64,000 bases of DNA. Origin: Malacoraja senta. Lineage: Eukaryota. A program made the translations under genes and the position numbers. Shown piece by piece: positions 13,921-27,026 of this stretch. Position 1 is the stretch's first letter. Every line of letters starts with the position of its first letter. The stretch is from the NCBI GenBank assembly GCA_038087875.1, contig CM075988.1, positions 17,424,001-17,488,000 of the forward strand, written 5' to 3'. The notes below the pieces were generated by a model. That model was not told where the DNA came from, searched no databases, and was given only the letters and a program-made list of their open reading frames with translations.

Positions 13921-14734
13921 TGAAGGGTTTCTGATGGTCAGAAGGGTATCAACTCAGAACCTCACCTATACCTTTTCTCCGGAGATGCTGCCTGACCCGC
14001 TGAGTTGCTCCAGCATGCTGTGTCTATCTTCGGTGTAAACCAGCACCTGCAATTCCTTCCCACACATTCAGAAAGCATTTCTTTGGTTGAAAAATATTTA
14101 GGATAAGTCAAGATTGTGAACAATCTAGTTCGACTTAGGTTATGAACATCTTTATTTCTGACAGTCAAAACCACTTGATAAGATCTTAAGATTCAATGGA
14201 TATTGGCGTTCGTAAATACTCAGCCATCCCCTCTCTGGCTGTGCCCTTCCCCCCCACCAGCCTGCTTTCTCCAAAGAAGATGGACTTTTTTACACAACTA
14301 TAAACATCTAGTTTGTAGATCCTAGTTTCCTGGATGCTCTATTAGGGAATGCAAAACTACTCCAGGTGAAATCCCTGACCATGCGCCAATTTCAGCAATG
14401 GTTACCTGAAATTAGTCATAGAAAGATATGACACAGAAGTAGGTCCTTTGGCCCACAGCGATAACAATACACAAAACAGGAACATGCCCTTTAGCCCACA
14501 ATGTCTGTGTCGAATATGATGACACGATAAAATCTCATCTGTCTGCATGTGATCCATATTGCTCTATTGCTCTCATATGCTTACACCTATCTAAAAGCCT
14601 CTTAAAATGCCACTACCATATCTGCCTCCAAATTAATCAAATCAACCTTATTTTTTCAATTCTCCTCAGTTCCATTAAATTACCCCCACCCTGACACCCG
14701 CACCCCCAATTCTATCCATTCATCCACACACTAT

Positions 14735-15075
14735 GTCATAAATGATAGGGGCAGAATTAGGCCATTCGCCCCATCAAGTCTAATCTATCTCTCCCTCCTA
14801 ACCTCATTCTCCTGCCTTCTCCCCATAACCTCTGACACCCGTACTAATCGGGAATCTATATATCTCTGCCTCAAAAATATCCATGGACTTGGCCTCCACA
14901 TCCTTCTGTGGCAAAGAATTCCACAGATTCACCACCGTCTGACTAAATAAATTCCTCCTCATCTCCATCCCAAAGGATTAATTCTGAGGCTATGACCTCT
15001 AGTCCTAGACTCTCCCACTTGTGGAAACATCCTCTCCACATCCACTCTACTGAAGCCTTTCACTATTCAGTACTT
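14735..15075 (-). mobile_element. CR1 LINE 3' fragment
   Basis: Reverse complement of the CR1 C-terminus and 3' UTR (gaattccacagattcacc..., ctatgacctctagtcctagactctccc). Confidence 0.85.
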
Positions 15076-15711
15076 TTCACGTTTCACTAGGGGCAGTTCA
15101 GAGTTAATCTACCAATGCACAGGCCTTTGGGAAGTGAGAGGTAAGTGGAGCACCCGGAGTTGCAAACTCCACATAGACAGCGCCCAAGGTCAGCATTAAA
15201 CCCCAGATCTCTGGCGCTGGGAGACAGTACCTCTAGTAGCTGAGCTATCCCAAAACTATTCCTCTGCCCCGACTCAGAAAGGAGAAAAATTGTTCTTGAT
15301 TCCCAGTCTTGTTGTCTGTACAGTGACTCCTGTGTAAGAGATGCACAGATGCGCAGATACGGACAAGATAAGGCTTGCTTGAATCCACTCATTCCTGCAG
15401 TGCGTTGAAGAATTTTATGGCCAATTAGGTACCCAAGGGCTGAAGGCACCTGCAGAGAATCAATATGGAAGAACAAATTTCGACAGGAAACAAAGCCGGT
15501 GACAATAGAAATGTATTGACATTGCTCTAACTTGACTTATTCTGTAAACCTGGTTTTCAGAGCTGAACGTCAAGTCTATGTATTAATTAAATAGATGAAG
15601 CATCAATTTTCTTTCCTTCTGGCAGACCAACATTGCAGTAGCCGATTTGCATCGGGAGACATTAAATCTCACTGGGCGACTGCGCAGAGCTGCCTGCTGT
15701 CTCTGCAGTGA

Positions 15712-15744
15712 GGGTTACTACAGGTCGGCGACTGCCAGTAACCC
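15712..15744. promoter_or_regulatory. Inverted pair of LXR/RXR-type DR4 elements
   Basis: GGGTTA-ctac-AGGTCG (+, 15712-15727) and GGGTTA-ctgg-CAGTCG (-, 15729-15744), 1 bp apart, in non-repetitive intron DNA. Confidence 0.6.
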
Positions 15745-17651
15745 AGCTTGCTGCCACTGTTGGGAGCTTCTGCATTTAAGCTCAGCGTGCAGTTTCACAC
15801 AGTTGTCGGTCTGTGAACACAAACAACACTGATGCCACTGCAAATTTCCCCGAGGCAGAAAATAAATGCATTTACTGGTTTTTCATGGTCATATGAGTTG
15901 AGTAATGAGCAAGACGTTTTGTCCATGCTACGGTACTGAATTGCTGAGCGGTTTCACTAAGGCAAGAATAATTTGGAACTGAACTTCTTGGTGTTGCATT
16001 GATTCTGGGAGTCCTTGTAGCTTCCTTATCTTAAAAGGGATTTTTTTTTTTTTTTTAACTTTAATACTTTTTTTATAATGGCTACTTCGGTGGGTATTTA
16101 AATTCAGCTGTATTGGTATGGGATACTAATCACATATAGAGATGTGTCTTTCCTTCCCAAAGGACATCTGAAACTAGGTGGAGCAACCGCACAAATATTG
16201 CCATTGCAACATAATGCAATAAAAGGAACAAGTCAGGAGTGTGCTTGAATAGTATTGACGGTAAGAGGAACCGAGGTCTGAGGGATGACGGTTTACTGGC
16301 CGATCTAAATCGAGGTGATGGCTGGAGGCCTTGCAACAGACTGGGGCTCAACTGGGTCAGGTGCTGCTCCAAGGGATGGAGCCCAAAGGACCGGACTTGA
16401 CCTATAGCGGCACGGAATGGTGGAGGAAGCCTAAATCTTCCCATATCCACGCCAAGCCTGCAACGTCGCCAAGCCAATGAGCATTTATGACCAGCTGCAC
16501 TTAAAGCAACTTGGACTTTGAAAATTGCGCCTAAACCTGGCGACTCATGTATATGGTCTCAGTGGACTAGTTCTACATACGTTGCATTTAATCTGAGATT
16601 ATGCTTATGTACAGTAATAATTTACTGAATTGTATGCAAACAAAATCACTGTACCTCGGTACATGTTATAATAAAGAACCATTGACTTGCTTAGGTAAAT
16701 GTAGGGTTTTCAGAACTTAATAAGCATAATGCCAGACAAGATAAAACATGTTGTTTGGGTTTCCCCCCATGTACGACCTTAAAGATTCACTCCCCTCACC
16801 ATCCATCCACCATACCATTAAGTAGCACAAGGATTGCAGCTGCTCAGAAACACGTGGAATAAAAATGCAGGAAAAGCTCAGTTGTTCCGTCAACATGGGT
16901 GGAACAAGAAACCATTAACGTTTCAGACTGAAGACCCTTCCTCAGTTCTGACGAAGGCTCTTCCACCCAAAATGTTGACCAATATTCTTTCCACAGATGC
17001 TGCATAACCTGCTGTGATTCATCAACATTTTCCGTTTTTTTATTCTAGATCATGCAGGTTAATTGGCCACTGTGACATGTCATTAGCGTGTAGGATGCGA
17101 AACTGGGATAATATTGAACCAGCGTACAATGTGGATTTTGTGCTGAGCGAAGACTCAGTGGTCAGAAGGGCTTGTTTCCATGCTGTATGTCTAAACTAAA
17201 CTAGGCTAATCTGTAGTTTTTACTTCATATGTCTCCTTTAATTCACCCCCATCTTTGGTTCCTTTGTTGTCACTGGGTCAACATTTGCTTAGTAACACTC
17301 CTATGAGAAATCATGCTACATTATAAATGATATGTATTAAAAAACTGCTATTTGTTCAAGGTACCATCCTCACTGTCAATAATTCAACTGGAATGACTGG
17401 GAGCAAGATACTTTGAGGTCAGCAGATAGTGAGGAACAGACGTCCATTGGTGTAAGCTGTGGCATTCACTATTAGCTGATGTTGCTTTGATCTTCATATC
17501 CATCCAAGCCACCTGAGCAGCCAGAAGGAGCTTCATTTTAATACCCCAAAGAGGAATGCGTCCACCAATGAATCATGCCATTAACACCACGTCAAACATC
17601 TGCCTTGCTCTCATATTCAAAGTGGAGTTTGATCCCACAATCTACCGATTA

Positions 17652-17960
17652 AGTTTAGTTTAGAGATACAGCATGGAAACAGGCCCTTCGGCTCATCGAA
17701 TCCACTCCAACCATTGATCACACTACTTCTATGTTATTCCACTATTTGATCCACTCCCTACACAATAGGGGCAATTGTGCAGCAGCCAATTAACCTACAA
17801 ACCCGCAAATCTTTGGGATGTAGGTGGAAGCCGGAGCACCCGGAGGAAACCCACAGGGAGAACGTGAAAACTCCACACGGGCAACACCTGAGGTCAGGAT
17901 CGAACCTGGGTCTCTGGCATGCGGAGGCAGCAGCTCTACCAGCTGCGACTCTATGCCACC
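17652..17960 (-). mobile_element. HE1-like SINE
   Basis: Family consensus in reverse. Confidence 0.82.
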
Positions 17961-19379
17961 CTGTTTGATGGGAGCTGCCAGCTGATCCAAACTAATGAAA
18001 TGAAGGTATTGCACTTACTCACACCCATGGTTTCACACCAATAACAATTGAATTCTTCACTATAGAAGATATGTTTTCCCCCATCACCTTTAGGATCATA
18101 AAGTGATCCTAAATTAGGAATGGGAATCAAATCTGAGGTGCCCAAACTGTAGGTAAATCAAAATGAAAGTCCAATATCCAAAGCTGGTGTTTAAGCTAAG
18201 CAAGATAATGGATTTTCCACCAAGAATAATATCAAACAATTCAATAGAGACTCGGTCACCTAGATGAAACAATTATAGGATCAGATGCCAAACTTAAAGT
18301 GATGAAGGTATGAAACAGTTAAAGTATGACATTTATAGAATTACAGCATTAGTCTGAGGAAATCAGTCAGCAAGTAGATAATTCTTTTAAATAATGGTGA
18401 TGAGGCCACAATTCTTGGAGACACAAGGAACAGCAAAAATACACAAAGTGCTGGAATAACTGAGTGGGTCAGGCAGCATTTGTGGATGGAATGGACAGGC
18501 GACATTTCAGGTTGGGACCTTTGTATTTGTTTGCAGTCAGCTTCCAGATAATAATGTATGGCACTTTGTAACAAATTATTGGTACACAACTGCTCAATTT
18601 TTTTCTCACCTTTCAACTTAACACTACAGAAAGACACATGTTGTGAAATCAAGTTAGGCACCAAGCCAAGCAAATGAATACAGCAATCAACTAAAAGATG
18701 AGCATTTTTGTCATGTGGCACTCTATGCAGCTCTGCATAATAACTAAGGAAAAATATTTAATTAAATTTGAAATTCAGTCATGGGAGTTCAATTAAAATT
18801 AAGTTGCGGACAGAGCTCTTTTATGAGAGCACACTTAGCATTAGTCAAATCATAGGACAAATTGTCCTAACTCATTTTTAGTCATATTTTACAGAAAACA
18901 CTTTGCAACCTGCACAGTTTGGCAAAAAGGTGCCAAAATTGGGAACTCTGACGCCTACTGTTATATGCCTTATGTACTGAAGGAGCCAAAATTGTGCTAT
19001 AAATTGAGCTGGATGTCATCTTGCCTCCATTATTAGTGCGCATACATTTAATACCTTCCTTGTGTATGCAGAGGAGGCATTGTTAATTAAGATGGCGCCC
19101 ACACCTGGCGACTCTTTGCGTGCTGGTCCCGGAAGTGGATTTGCTTTCATACATTACAATCTCTCCACTCTTTTAAATCTTTATTTATCTGTACAATGTG
19201 GATGGCTTGATTGTAATCATGTATAGTCCTTTCACTGACTGGATTGTCTGCAACAAAATGCTTTTCACTGCACTTCAGTACATGCGACAATAAACTAAAC
19301 TCATTCCAAGGCCTCAGTACACACTCCAGCCCGTGCTCTCTTATATTTGCACATCTGAACATACATTAACAGGGAGGAA

Positions 19380-19460
19380 GGGTTTCAGCCCAAAACGTTG
19401 CCTATTTCCTTCGCTCCATAGATGCTGCTGCACCTGCTGAGTTTCTCCAGCACTTTTGTC
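19380..19460 (+). mobile_element. Short PLE pLTR insertion with 13-bp TSD
   Basis: taacagggaggaa at 19367-19379 and 19461-19473 flanks a 5'-truncated pLTR. Confidence 0.8.
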
Positions 19461-20237
19461 TAACAGGGAGGAATAATGAAGAAAGGTCCCGACCCGAAAC
19501 ATCGCCTATTCATGTTCTCCAGAGATGCTGCCTGATCCTCTGAGATACTCCCAGCAGTTTTTTGCCTTCATTGGTAAACCAGCATCTGCAGTTCCTTGTG
19601 TCATCACGAATAATGCTCTCATCAACATTATTTTAAGGAACTATTAACTATCGACATGGTGTTTGGTGGTTGATTTCTGCAGACCAATGCTGCAATTTAG
19701 CAATTGTGTGTGGTATTTTCCATTGCTTAGGTTGTAAAACATTTTGGCCAGCACTGAAGATTTTTCGCTAACATCTTCGTGTTTGCCGGATGTGGGTCCA
19801 TTAGTAAACTTGGAACTTGGCTTGAGTGTGAGAATGAGAAGTGGGGCGGCTGAGTTGCTGTAAGGTTAAGCAGGAATGCAGAGGTGTTCAGAGCGCCTTA
19901 AGTGCACAAAAGTGGCAGGGAGAGGCAAGGAAGCAGGAACTGGAAATTAACTAGCAATCATCTCTGAAATCTACCACCCACATCAACCACACTGCAACCT
20001 TGGAGCCAAGCAAGGACTGCAACGGTGACCATGGCCATGCATTTTCTGGTGACAATGGCAATACACAAATCTGACACGCACCGTACAGCACCTGATATGG
20101 AGATAGTTGATGTTTTCTTTAAATAATGTTGATGAGGGCATTATTTGTGGTGACACAAAGAACTGCAGATGCTACATTACCAACAAAGATTTTTTTAAAG
20201 TGCTGGAGTATCTCAGAGGATCAGGCAGCATCTCTGG

Positions 20238-20380
20238 GGTGGGAGATTGCAACCTTCACGTGGTCCGCCCTGTTTCGACGAATGCAATCAACCCGGCGTG
20301 CACAATCAAATAAGATCAAATAGAACAAGTTGTCCTACAATTTTAGGCTGTGCACGCCATACGCAAGAAGAAGAAGAAGA
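20238..20380 (+). mobile_element. Short retroposon with (AAG)n tail and 15-bp TSD, inserted in a PLE pLTR
   Basis: TSD aggcagcatctctgg at 20223-20237 and 20381-20395. Tail gcaagaagaagaagaaga. Confidence 0.8.
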
Positions 20381-21729
20381 AGGCAGCATCTCTGGAGAAC
20401 ATGGATAGGTGACTTTTCGGTTCAGGACCCTTCTTCAGTCTGGTGAAGAAATTGCTCGAACGCTTTGTGTCTTTTTCGTAAACTAGCATCTGCAATTCTT
20501 ATTCATGTTGACATCCTGCAGTTTCTTGAGGCTTTTGATTGAAAAAAGATCCAATGACATTTTATTTCCTATTGTGAGGGACCATTGCATAAACAGAACA
20601 TACAAGTTGCTGGGATGAGGTTTATCTCGGTTCTATGGTACTAATGAATGCACACATAATGTTTTACCAGAACCATATTTCATCATTGCCTGACACCAGC
20701 ATAGAACGACTGCATAATGGAGATTAATAGATTTCAATGCCTGGGGCCTTGACAACTGTAATGATGTCCTACTTATATGCCAGTCCAATTTGAATAATTC
20801 CCAGTGCAGGCTCAGCGGAGCTACTGCATAACTAGTGCAGATATGTTAAAATATTGGGTTCTTATTGATGTATGCAGTCAACCAACAGTACAATTTGTAA
20901 GTGTATTGATTCTGCTACATGAACACATTGCCTCTTCACTGCCATCGCCAAATCTATTTTCTGTGCTTTGGCCTCCCAAATGCCTTGGTAGCCTCTCCAC
21001 ATCCTCACCATACCCTGACTTACTAGATCCTGACAGACCCCAACAAACAATCATTCATGAGAAGGCAAAGCAAGATGTGACTGGAAGGCTCCCTTCATTT
21101 GGAAAATGTTTCCAGTGGCTCCTGGGTTTATGCCAATCTTAGATCAGGGACTCTGTTCTGTTCTCATTGTGCAATTCTATGTCAACCCAAGGAAAGTACA
21201 CATAATCTGTGATCGGTAAACTAAACGAGGAAAACACTCATCAGGTCAGGCAGCATCCGCGGAAAGAAAAACACTTATCCTTTCACTTCTGAGACCCTTC
21301 ATCAGAACTATGAAAGAATGAATGAATGAATAAAGACTGCAGATACTGAGCAAAGAAAATAGTGCTGGAATAAATTAGCAGGCCAGGTGGCATCTGTGGA
21401 AGGAAATAGACAGACAACATTTTTGTTCTCTCCCTACTAGTCTAGCCTAGCCTGCTGGTTCCAACTTGAACATTTCAGGTTGGGACCTTCTTCAGGAGAA
21501 AAGTTACCTTCAGCTGCAGAGAAGGTGAGGGAGAAATGGGTAGAACAAAATGAACACCAAAGTGATGGGATGAGCCTAACTGGTTTAATGTGATAGCGTC
21601 AACTACATTGTACTTCTTTGTCTGTGATATGCATTGTTAATACGTGGGTTGTAGAACATGCCATGCAGTCTAGGCTAGGCTAGTAGAGAGAGAAAAGCAT
21701 AGCCAATAATTACAAATGGATGACAGATA

Positions 21730-22560
21730 AAAATGGTGGATTCACCCTGATACAGGCAGGAAGTGAGAGAATTTCACACCGAGTGCATATGGATACAATG
21801 TACATGGACACAAGATGAGATGTTATTCCTCAAGCTTGTGTGCGGATTCATTGTAAGTGCAGATGGTCATGGGTGGGTCAGAGTGGGAATGGGACGGAGA
21901 ATTAAAGTGGCAGGCAACCAGAAGATCAGGGTCACTCCTATGAATTGATGCAGTTTCTTTGTGTTCATACTTGGTTCCTCCAGTATAAAGACCACCGCAC
22001 TGTGAACACCAAACGCAGTGCGCTGGATTGCAAGTGAATTGCTGATTCATTTGGGCAGTGATCCCAACATTGGAAACCTGCTGCAACCATTTCAACTCCA
22101 AGAACTGTTCTGTTGCCAGTGAGGCCGTCACACAGAAGAGGCAAAGGACCAGTGACCCAGGAGCAAGACCTCATGAGCGATGAGACTTAATACTCACGTA
22201 ACTACATGTGTAAAACCCAGCTCACAAGTTGCATATTTTTGCATCCATTTGGATCCCTGGATGATAAGAAGACCAAAGGCAAAAGGACAGGTGATGCACC
22301 TTCTGTGGTTGCTTTGGAAATAAACACATGCAAGGGAAAGGAAGAGCAGACTGGGGAGGCTCAAATCAAGCGATCCCTTCAAAACGATGAACGAGGGAAG
22401 GAACATGTGTCTGGTGGTGGAAGCGTGTTGGGAATAGGTGGAAACTACAATGATCTGTTGAATGCAGAGATTGGTGAAATGGAAGGCAAGGAAGATGGGA
22501 CCTCTGGTATTTGACTGGCCAGGAGGAGAGAGGATGAGAACAGAGGTGCAGGAAATAGAT
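21730..22560 (-). mobile_element. Degenerate PLE fragments (GIY-YIG and linker)
   Basis: Reverse translation includes FTCNPAHCVWCSQCGGLYTGGTK and DPDLLVACHFNSPSHSHSD...HKLEE. Confidence 0.75.
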
Positions 22561-23582
22561 GAAATGATCAGTAAAGACAGAAAACAAAAATACTGCATTT
22601 CAATAGCATCTTCCACAAATTTGCAGCCAATTACTTTAAGAAATTTGCCGTGATGCAAGAAACACAATGCTTGATTCGTGCATGGCAAGATGTCACAAAC
22701 GCCAATGTGGTGATGACCAGATTTTGTGATGATGTTAGAGAGCAGAATTTCCTTTGTTCTTCTCTGAGATATTGTCATGGGGTCATTCACATGGAGGTTA
22801 TGACTTGGTATGACATCTCCTCAGAGAGTGCAACCAACAATTCCCTTTTCATCCATCTGGCCGTTTCATGTTAGTGATAACATTTAACACACAAGGGTCC
22901 TCTGATGACATTGCTGTGCTGGGCTTAATAATTATGCTAAGTTCTGCTTAGTTTAGTTTAGTTTATTTTATTTTAGAGATACAGCATGGAAACTGGCCCT
23001 CTTCGGCCCACCGACCAGCGATCACCCGTACACTAACACGATCCTACACACTAGGGACAATTTTACAATTTTTATCTCAGCCTATTAACCGCGAAACCTG
23101 CACATCTTTGAAGCGTAGGAGGAAACCCGAGCACCCGGAGAAAACCCAGTTCAAGTCCGCAACACGTGTGCGTTTCTATCAGGTGAATGCAAATGTCAAA
23201 GTTGCAGTCCATTTGAACTTGGCAAGCGCACCACCATTTCCAGTAATGAATCAACTACTTACTGTAAAAAAAAATGGAACCACCTCAATTGCCAATAATC
23301 TGTAATTCTTCAACAAAACTGCTCACTATCCTATGGACCAGTCGGTCCCGTGTTTGCAAGTCGGAAATGCAGCCGTAAATCGAGTTCCCTGATGGCAGTA
23401 GAGGTCGGCAGCCCCACAAATGTTGCCAAATCCACCCTGCTGGTCTCCCAAAAGTTCGAATTTCAGTACAAGCTGAACATCAGTCAGCCACACTTGGGAA
23501 GTCCTGTAAATGTCATTCTAGATACCAAAATTCCTGTTGCTCCATTCACTTACCACAGGATGCCTGACATAAAGTTTAACCT

Positions 23583-23709
23583 GTTTAAGAAGGAACTGCA
23601 GATGCTGGAAAATCGAAGGTACACAAAAATGCTGGAGAAACTCAGCAGGTGCAGCAGTATCTATGGAACGGAGGAAATAGGCAACGTTTCGGGCCGAAAC
23701 CCTTCTTCA
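23583..23709 (-). mobile_element. Short PLE pLTR insertion with 17-bp TSD
   Basis: gacataaa(g/a)tttaacct at 23566-23582 and 23710-23726. Confidence 0.85.
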
Positions 23710-23712
23710 GAC
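23680..23712 (-). ncRNA. Minimal hammerhead ribozyme motif, intact core
   Basis: GT-CTGAAGA-A-GGGT-TTCG-GCCC-GAAA-CGTT-GCC. Confidence 0.7.
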
Positions 23713-23814
23713 ATAAAATTTAACCTTATGTGTACAGCAGGATGTAGTGAATGGTTTGCGGGGACCACAAAGGTAATAATCCTTGGGATTGGTACATTGG
23801 CAGAGGGCAAATAC

Positions 23815-24134
23815 TAGCCCTGTCCCACGGTGTGAGTTCATTCCAAGAGCTCTCCCGAGTTTTAAAAAAATCAAACTCGTGGTAAGCACGGAGAATGAAC
23901 GTAGCGGGTACGTCGCAGCTCGGGAACGTCTCTTAGCGCTAACGGCAGGTACTCGGGAAGACTCGCTAATGGCAGGTAAGCACGGGAAGACTCGTGAAGA
24001 TTTTTCAACATGATGAAAATTGTCCACGAGAGCCCCGAGTGCCGACGAGTGGCCATTACCGTAAATCTCCGAGTTCGAATCAGGGCAAACTCGGGAGAAC
24101 TCTTTGAATGAACTCGTACCGTGGGACAGGGCTT
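23815..24134. mobile_element. MITE, PIF/Harbinger-like
   Basis: 46-bp TIR (23817-23862 vs 24087-24132, 4 mismatches) starting gccctgtcccacgg. Flanks tac/taa. Confidence 0.85.
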
Positions 24135-24759
24135 TAAACTCTGAAACTTCCTCCCCCAGTCACAGAGACCCTCAGGTAAGATCTTTCTCTTTGACCAAGC
24201 TTTTGGCCATCTGTTCCCGTGTAGTTGGCTCAAGCATATTGGACAACTACCTTGAAACCATTCGGCCCATCGAGTTTGAGCTTGCTCTCTGAGCATTTCC
24301 CAGCAGTCTGTTTCACTTTGTCAAAGGTGTTATGTAAATACAGATTATTTTTGTCGCTCGTGTCCCTCACTGCCTGAACTCTGGTGATATAATTACACCG
24401 TAAACCTTCCACATTAACCTCAGCTGAGTTTCAATTTCCAGTCGAAGTCATCCATCATCATTAACTTATTTAATGCACCAACACCTGAATAATTCCAAAT
24501 CCCCCTCTTGCTTTTCATCATTGCCTCACTGTACATGAGCCGATTACATCAATTAAGGTTTATCTGCAGCAAGGCAACTGTACATCATTACCGCCATCTG
24601 CAAGGGAATGTTTTTTTTAAAACAAGTCATAAACCAGCAATGACCCAAATAGCTTTCATTGGTTGAGAGCGCTGTACTGAGCTGACTGAATACAGTTCCT
24701 ATTGTTAATAACAAGCTTGAGCTTTCGGCAGCAGTAACAGTTCCTCACACAGCGCAAAT

Positions 24760-24936
24760 GTGTGGGAAGGAACTGCAGATGCTGGTTTAAACCGAAGATA
24801 GACACAAAAAGCTGGAGTAACTCAGCGGGACAGGCAGCGTATGTGGAGAGAAGGAATGTTCGACCCAAAACATCACCCATCCTTCTCTCCAGAGATGCTG
24901 CCTGTCCCGCTGAGTTACTGCAGCTTTTTGTGTCTG
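24760..24936. mobile_element. Inverted PLE pLTR pair with 16-bp TSD
   Basis: TSD tcctcacacag(c/a)gcaa at 24742-24757 and 24937-24952. The two halves are reverse complements. Confidence 0.8.
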
Positions 24937-26729
24937 TCCTCACACAGAGCAAGTACCCTAGCATATTTTCCTGAAATCATTTTGTGAGGCACGCCGCACA
25001 CAATTACCATTGAAAACATGCAACCAGACACCTGCTCCATGTTGTCCCCTTGTAAGGACGTTATAAAAGCACAGAAGGAAGCCAATCAGTCTATTGTGCC
25101 TTTTATTAAAACAGGATTTACATACACATCTATGATTTACATATTTTTCAATTTAAAACATCCTTATCCAGGATTTATTCCAGCCTCTCCTGGCACCAAT
25201 TATTCCTGGAAAGCCTCCAGCAAGCTGGCTCCCTCCCTCCTTCCCTCCCTCCCTCAGGACAACAGGCATACACTTGGAAGAGGAGCAGGCAGTCACCTTG
25301 GGCACAGAGTGCTGGAGTAACTCAACGGGTCAGGCAGTGTCTCTGGAGAACATGGATAGGTGATGATTCGGGCCGAGAACCTTCTTCAGACTGGTCTCGA
25401 GTTGAAGCGTCACCTTTGCATGTCCTCCAGAGAAGCTGCCTGACCTGCCGAGTTACTCCAGCACTTTGTGTCCTTTTGTGTATTGGACATCGTTTTGCAG
25501 GAACTGCTCCAGTACATCGAGCGCTTTGGACTTTGAATAATGGCGCCAAAAATCCTAGCGCCAACATGTGTAATATATGCAAAAAGGATTTCACTGTGCA
25601 TTTACATATGTGACATTGAACCAGTATCTGCAATTCCTTGGTTGTAATCATCTTGGACTGATCAGTGGACAGAATGAACAGACGACATATTGATTTAGGA
25701 CCAGAGTTCCTCTAACTCTTTATTTTTTGCTCAAGATTGCTGCATCTGCAGTTTCTCTTGTCCATCCTGGGTCACGCCATGGATGGCTTGCTGCCAGCAC
25801 CAGGAATGGCCACTGGAATTTTGAGGAGCAAGCCCCTCATCCGAATTGCACCTTCCCCCACCCCACACTGCATGTTCAAAGATGAGAAGAGTGCATCCAT
25901 TCAATTTGCCCTATTCCCCTACTCTTACCCCAAGAGTCTTGCAGATGTTTACCCTTCAAGCATTTATCCAAATCCCTTTTGATAGCAGGTTTTGAATCTG
26001 CTTCCTCTGCTCTTGCCCGCAATGTATTCCAGGCCTCGGAATATATATTTGCGAGTTGGCATCATTCGCTGTCATCGTTGCTGATGATGCTTGCTGCTGC
26101 TGCAGCTGCTGCTCCTACGTCTAAACTCACTTTAATTTGTGGACTGTCTCTTTCTAGTTGGCTGCCCACCCAAGCACTCAACAGGTACCCCTGCCTATCT
26201 CCACACAGTGGTTATTAGGCCAACAGACAAGCTGTAGGTAATCACACCAAGGTATGTAGAACGACAAAAGGATGGACATTAGACACCACAAGATGAGGTG
26301 AACTCCGAACACTCTTATTTACTTTAGACTTTAGGGACAGCACCTGAGGCCCAGCTTCAATCTTGACCTTGGCCGCTCTCGGAGTGGAATTTATACATTC
26401 AATTCCGTGCATGTGAGTTTTCTCCAAGTATTCTGATTTTCTCCCATGCTTCAAAAATGTATGGGTCTGCAGGTTAATTGGCCACTGTAAATTGTGAAAA
26501 TGAGTGAAAGAATCTTTGAACGAGAATAAAAGATAGGATTAATGTTGGATTAATGTAAATGCATGGTATGTGGTTGGCACAGACTCGGTGGGCCAAAGGG
26601 CCTGTTCCTGTATGACTATTGTTTTGCAAGACCTGAATGCTAAAACTCCATAGGCCGTTTACCTTTTCTGTCTAAACTATCATGTGTGGGATTCTAAAAC
26701 TTTAAGAGTTACTTGTGGGCATTAGTTTG

Positions 26730-27026
26730 TGGGCGGCACGGTGGCACAGCGGTAGAATTGCTGCCTGACAGCATTTACAGTACCAGAGACCCGGGTTCGA
26801 TCCTGACTATGGGTGCTGTCTATACATTCTCCCCGTGACCGTGTGGGCTTTTTTTTTCTTCTGAGATTCCTCTCACACTCCAAAAACAAGGGTTAATTGG
26901 CTTGGTATAAAAGTAAATTGTCCCTAGTGTGCAGGATAGTGTTAATGTGCGGGGATCGTTGGTTGGTGCGGACTCGGTGGGCCGAAGGGCCTGTTTCCGC
27001 GCTGTAACTCGAGACTAAACTAAACT
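26730..27026 (+). mobile_element. HE1-like SINE
   Basis: gggcggcacggtggcacagcggtag head, gggttcgatcc B box and tail. Confidence 0.88.

Noticed and set aside
23350..23817. 155-aa ORF and similar recurring short ORFs (..DAACPAELLQ..)
   Set aside because: Read-through of PLE pLTR and SINE repeats with no protein homology.
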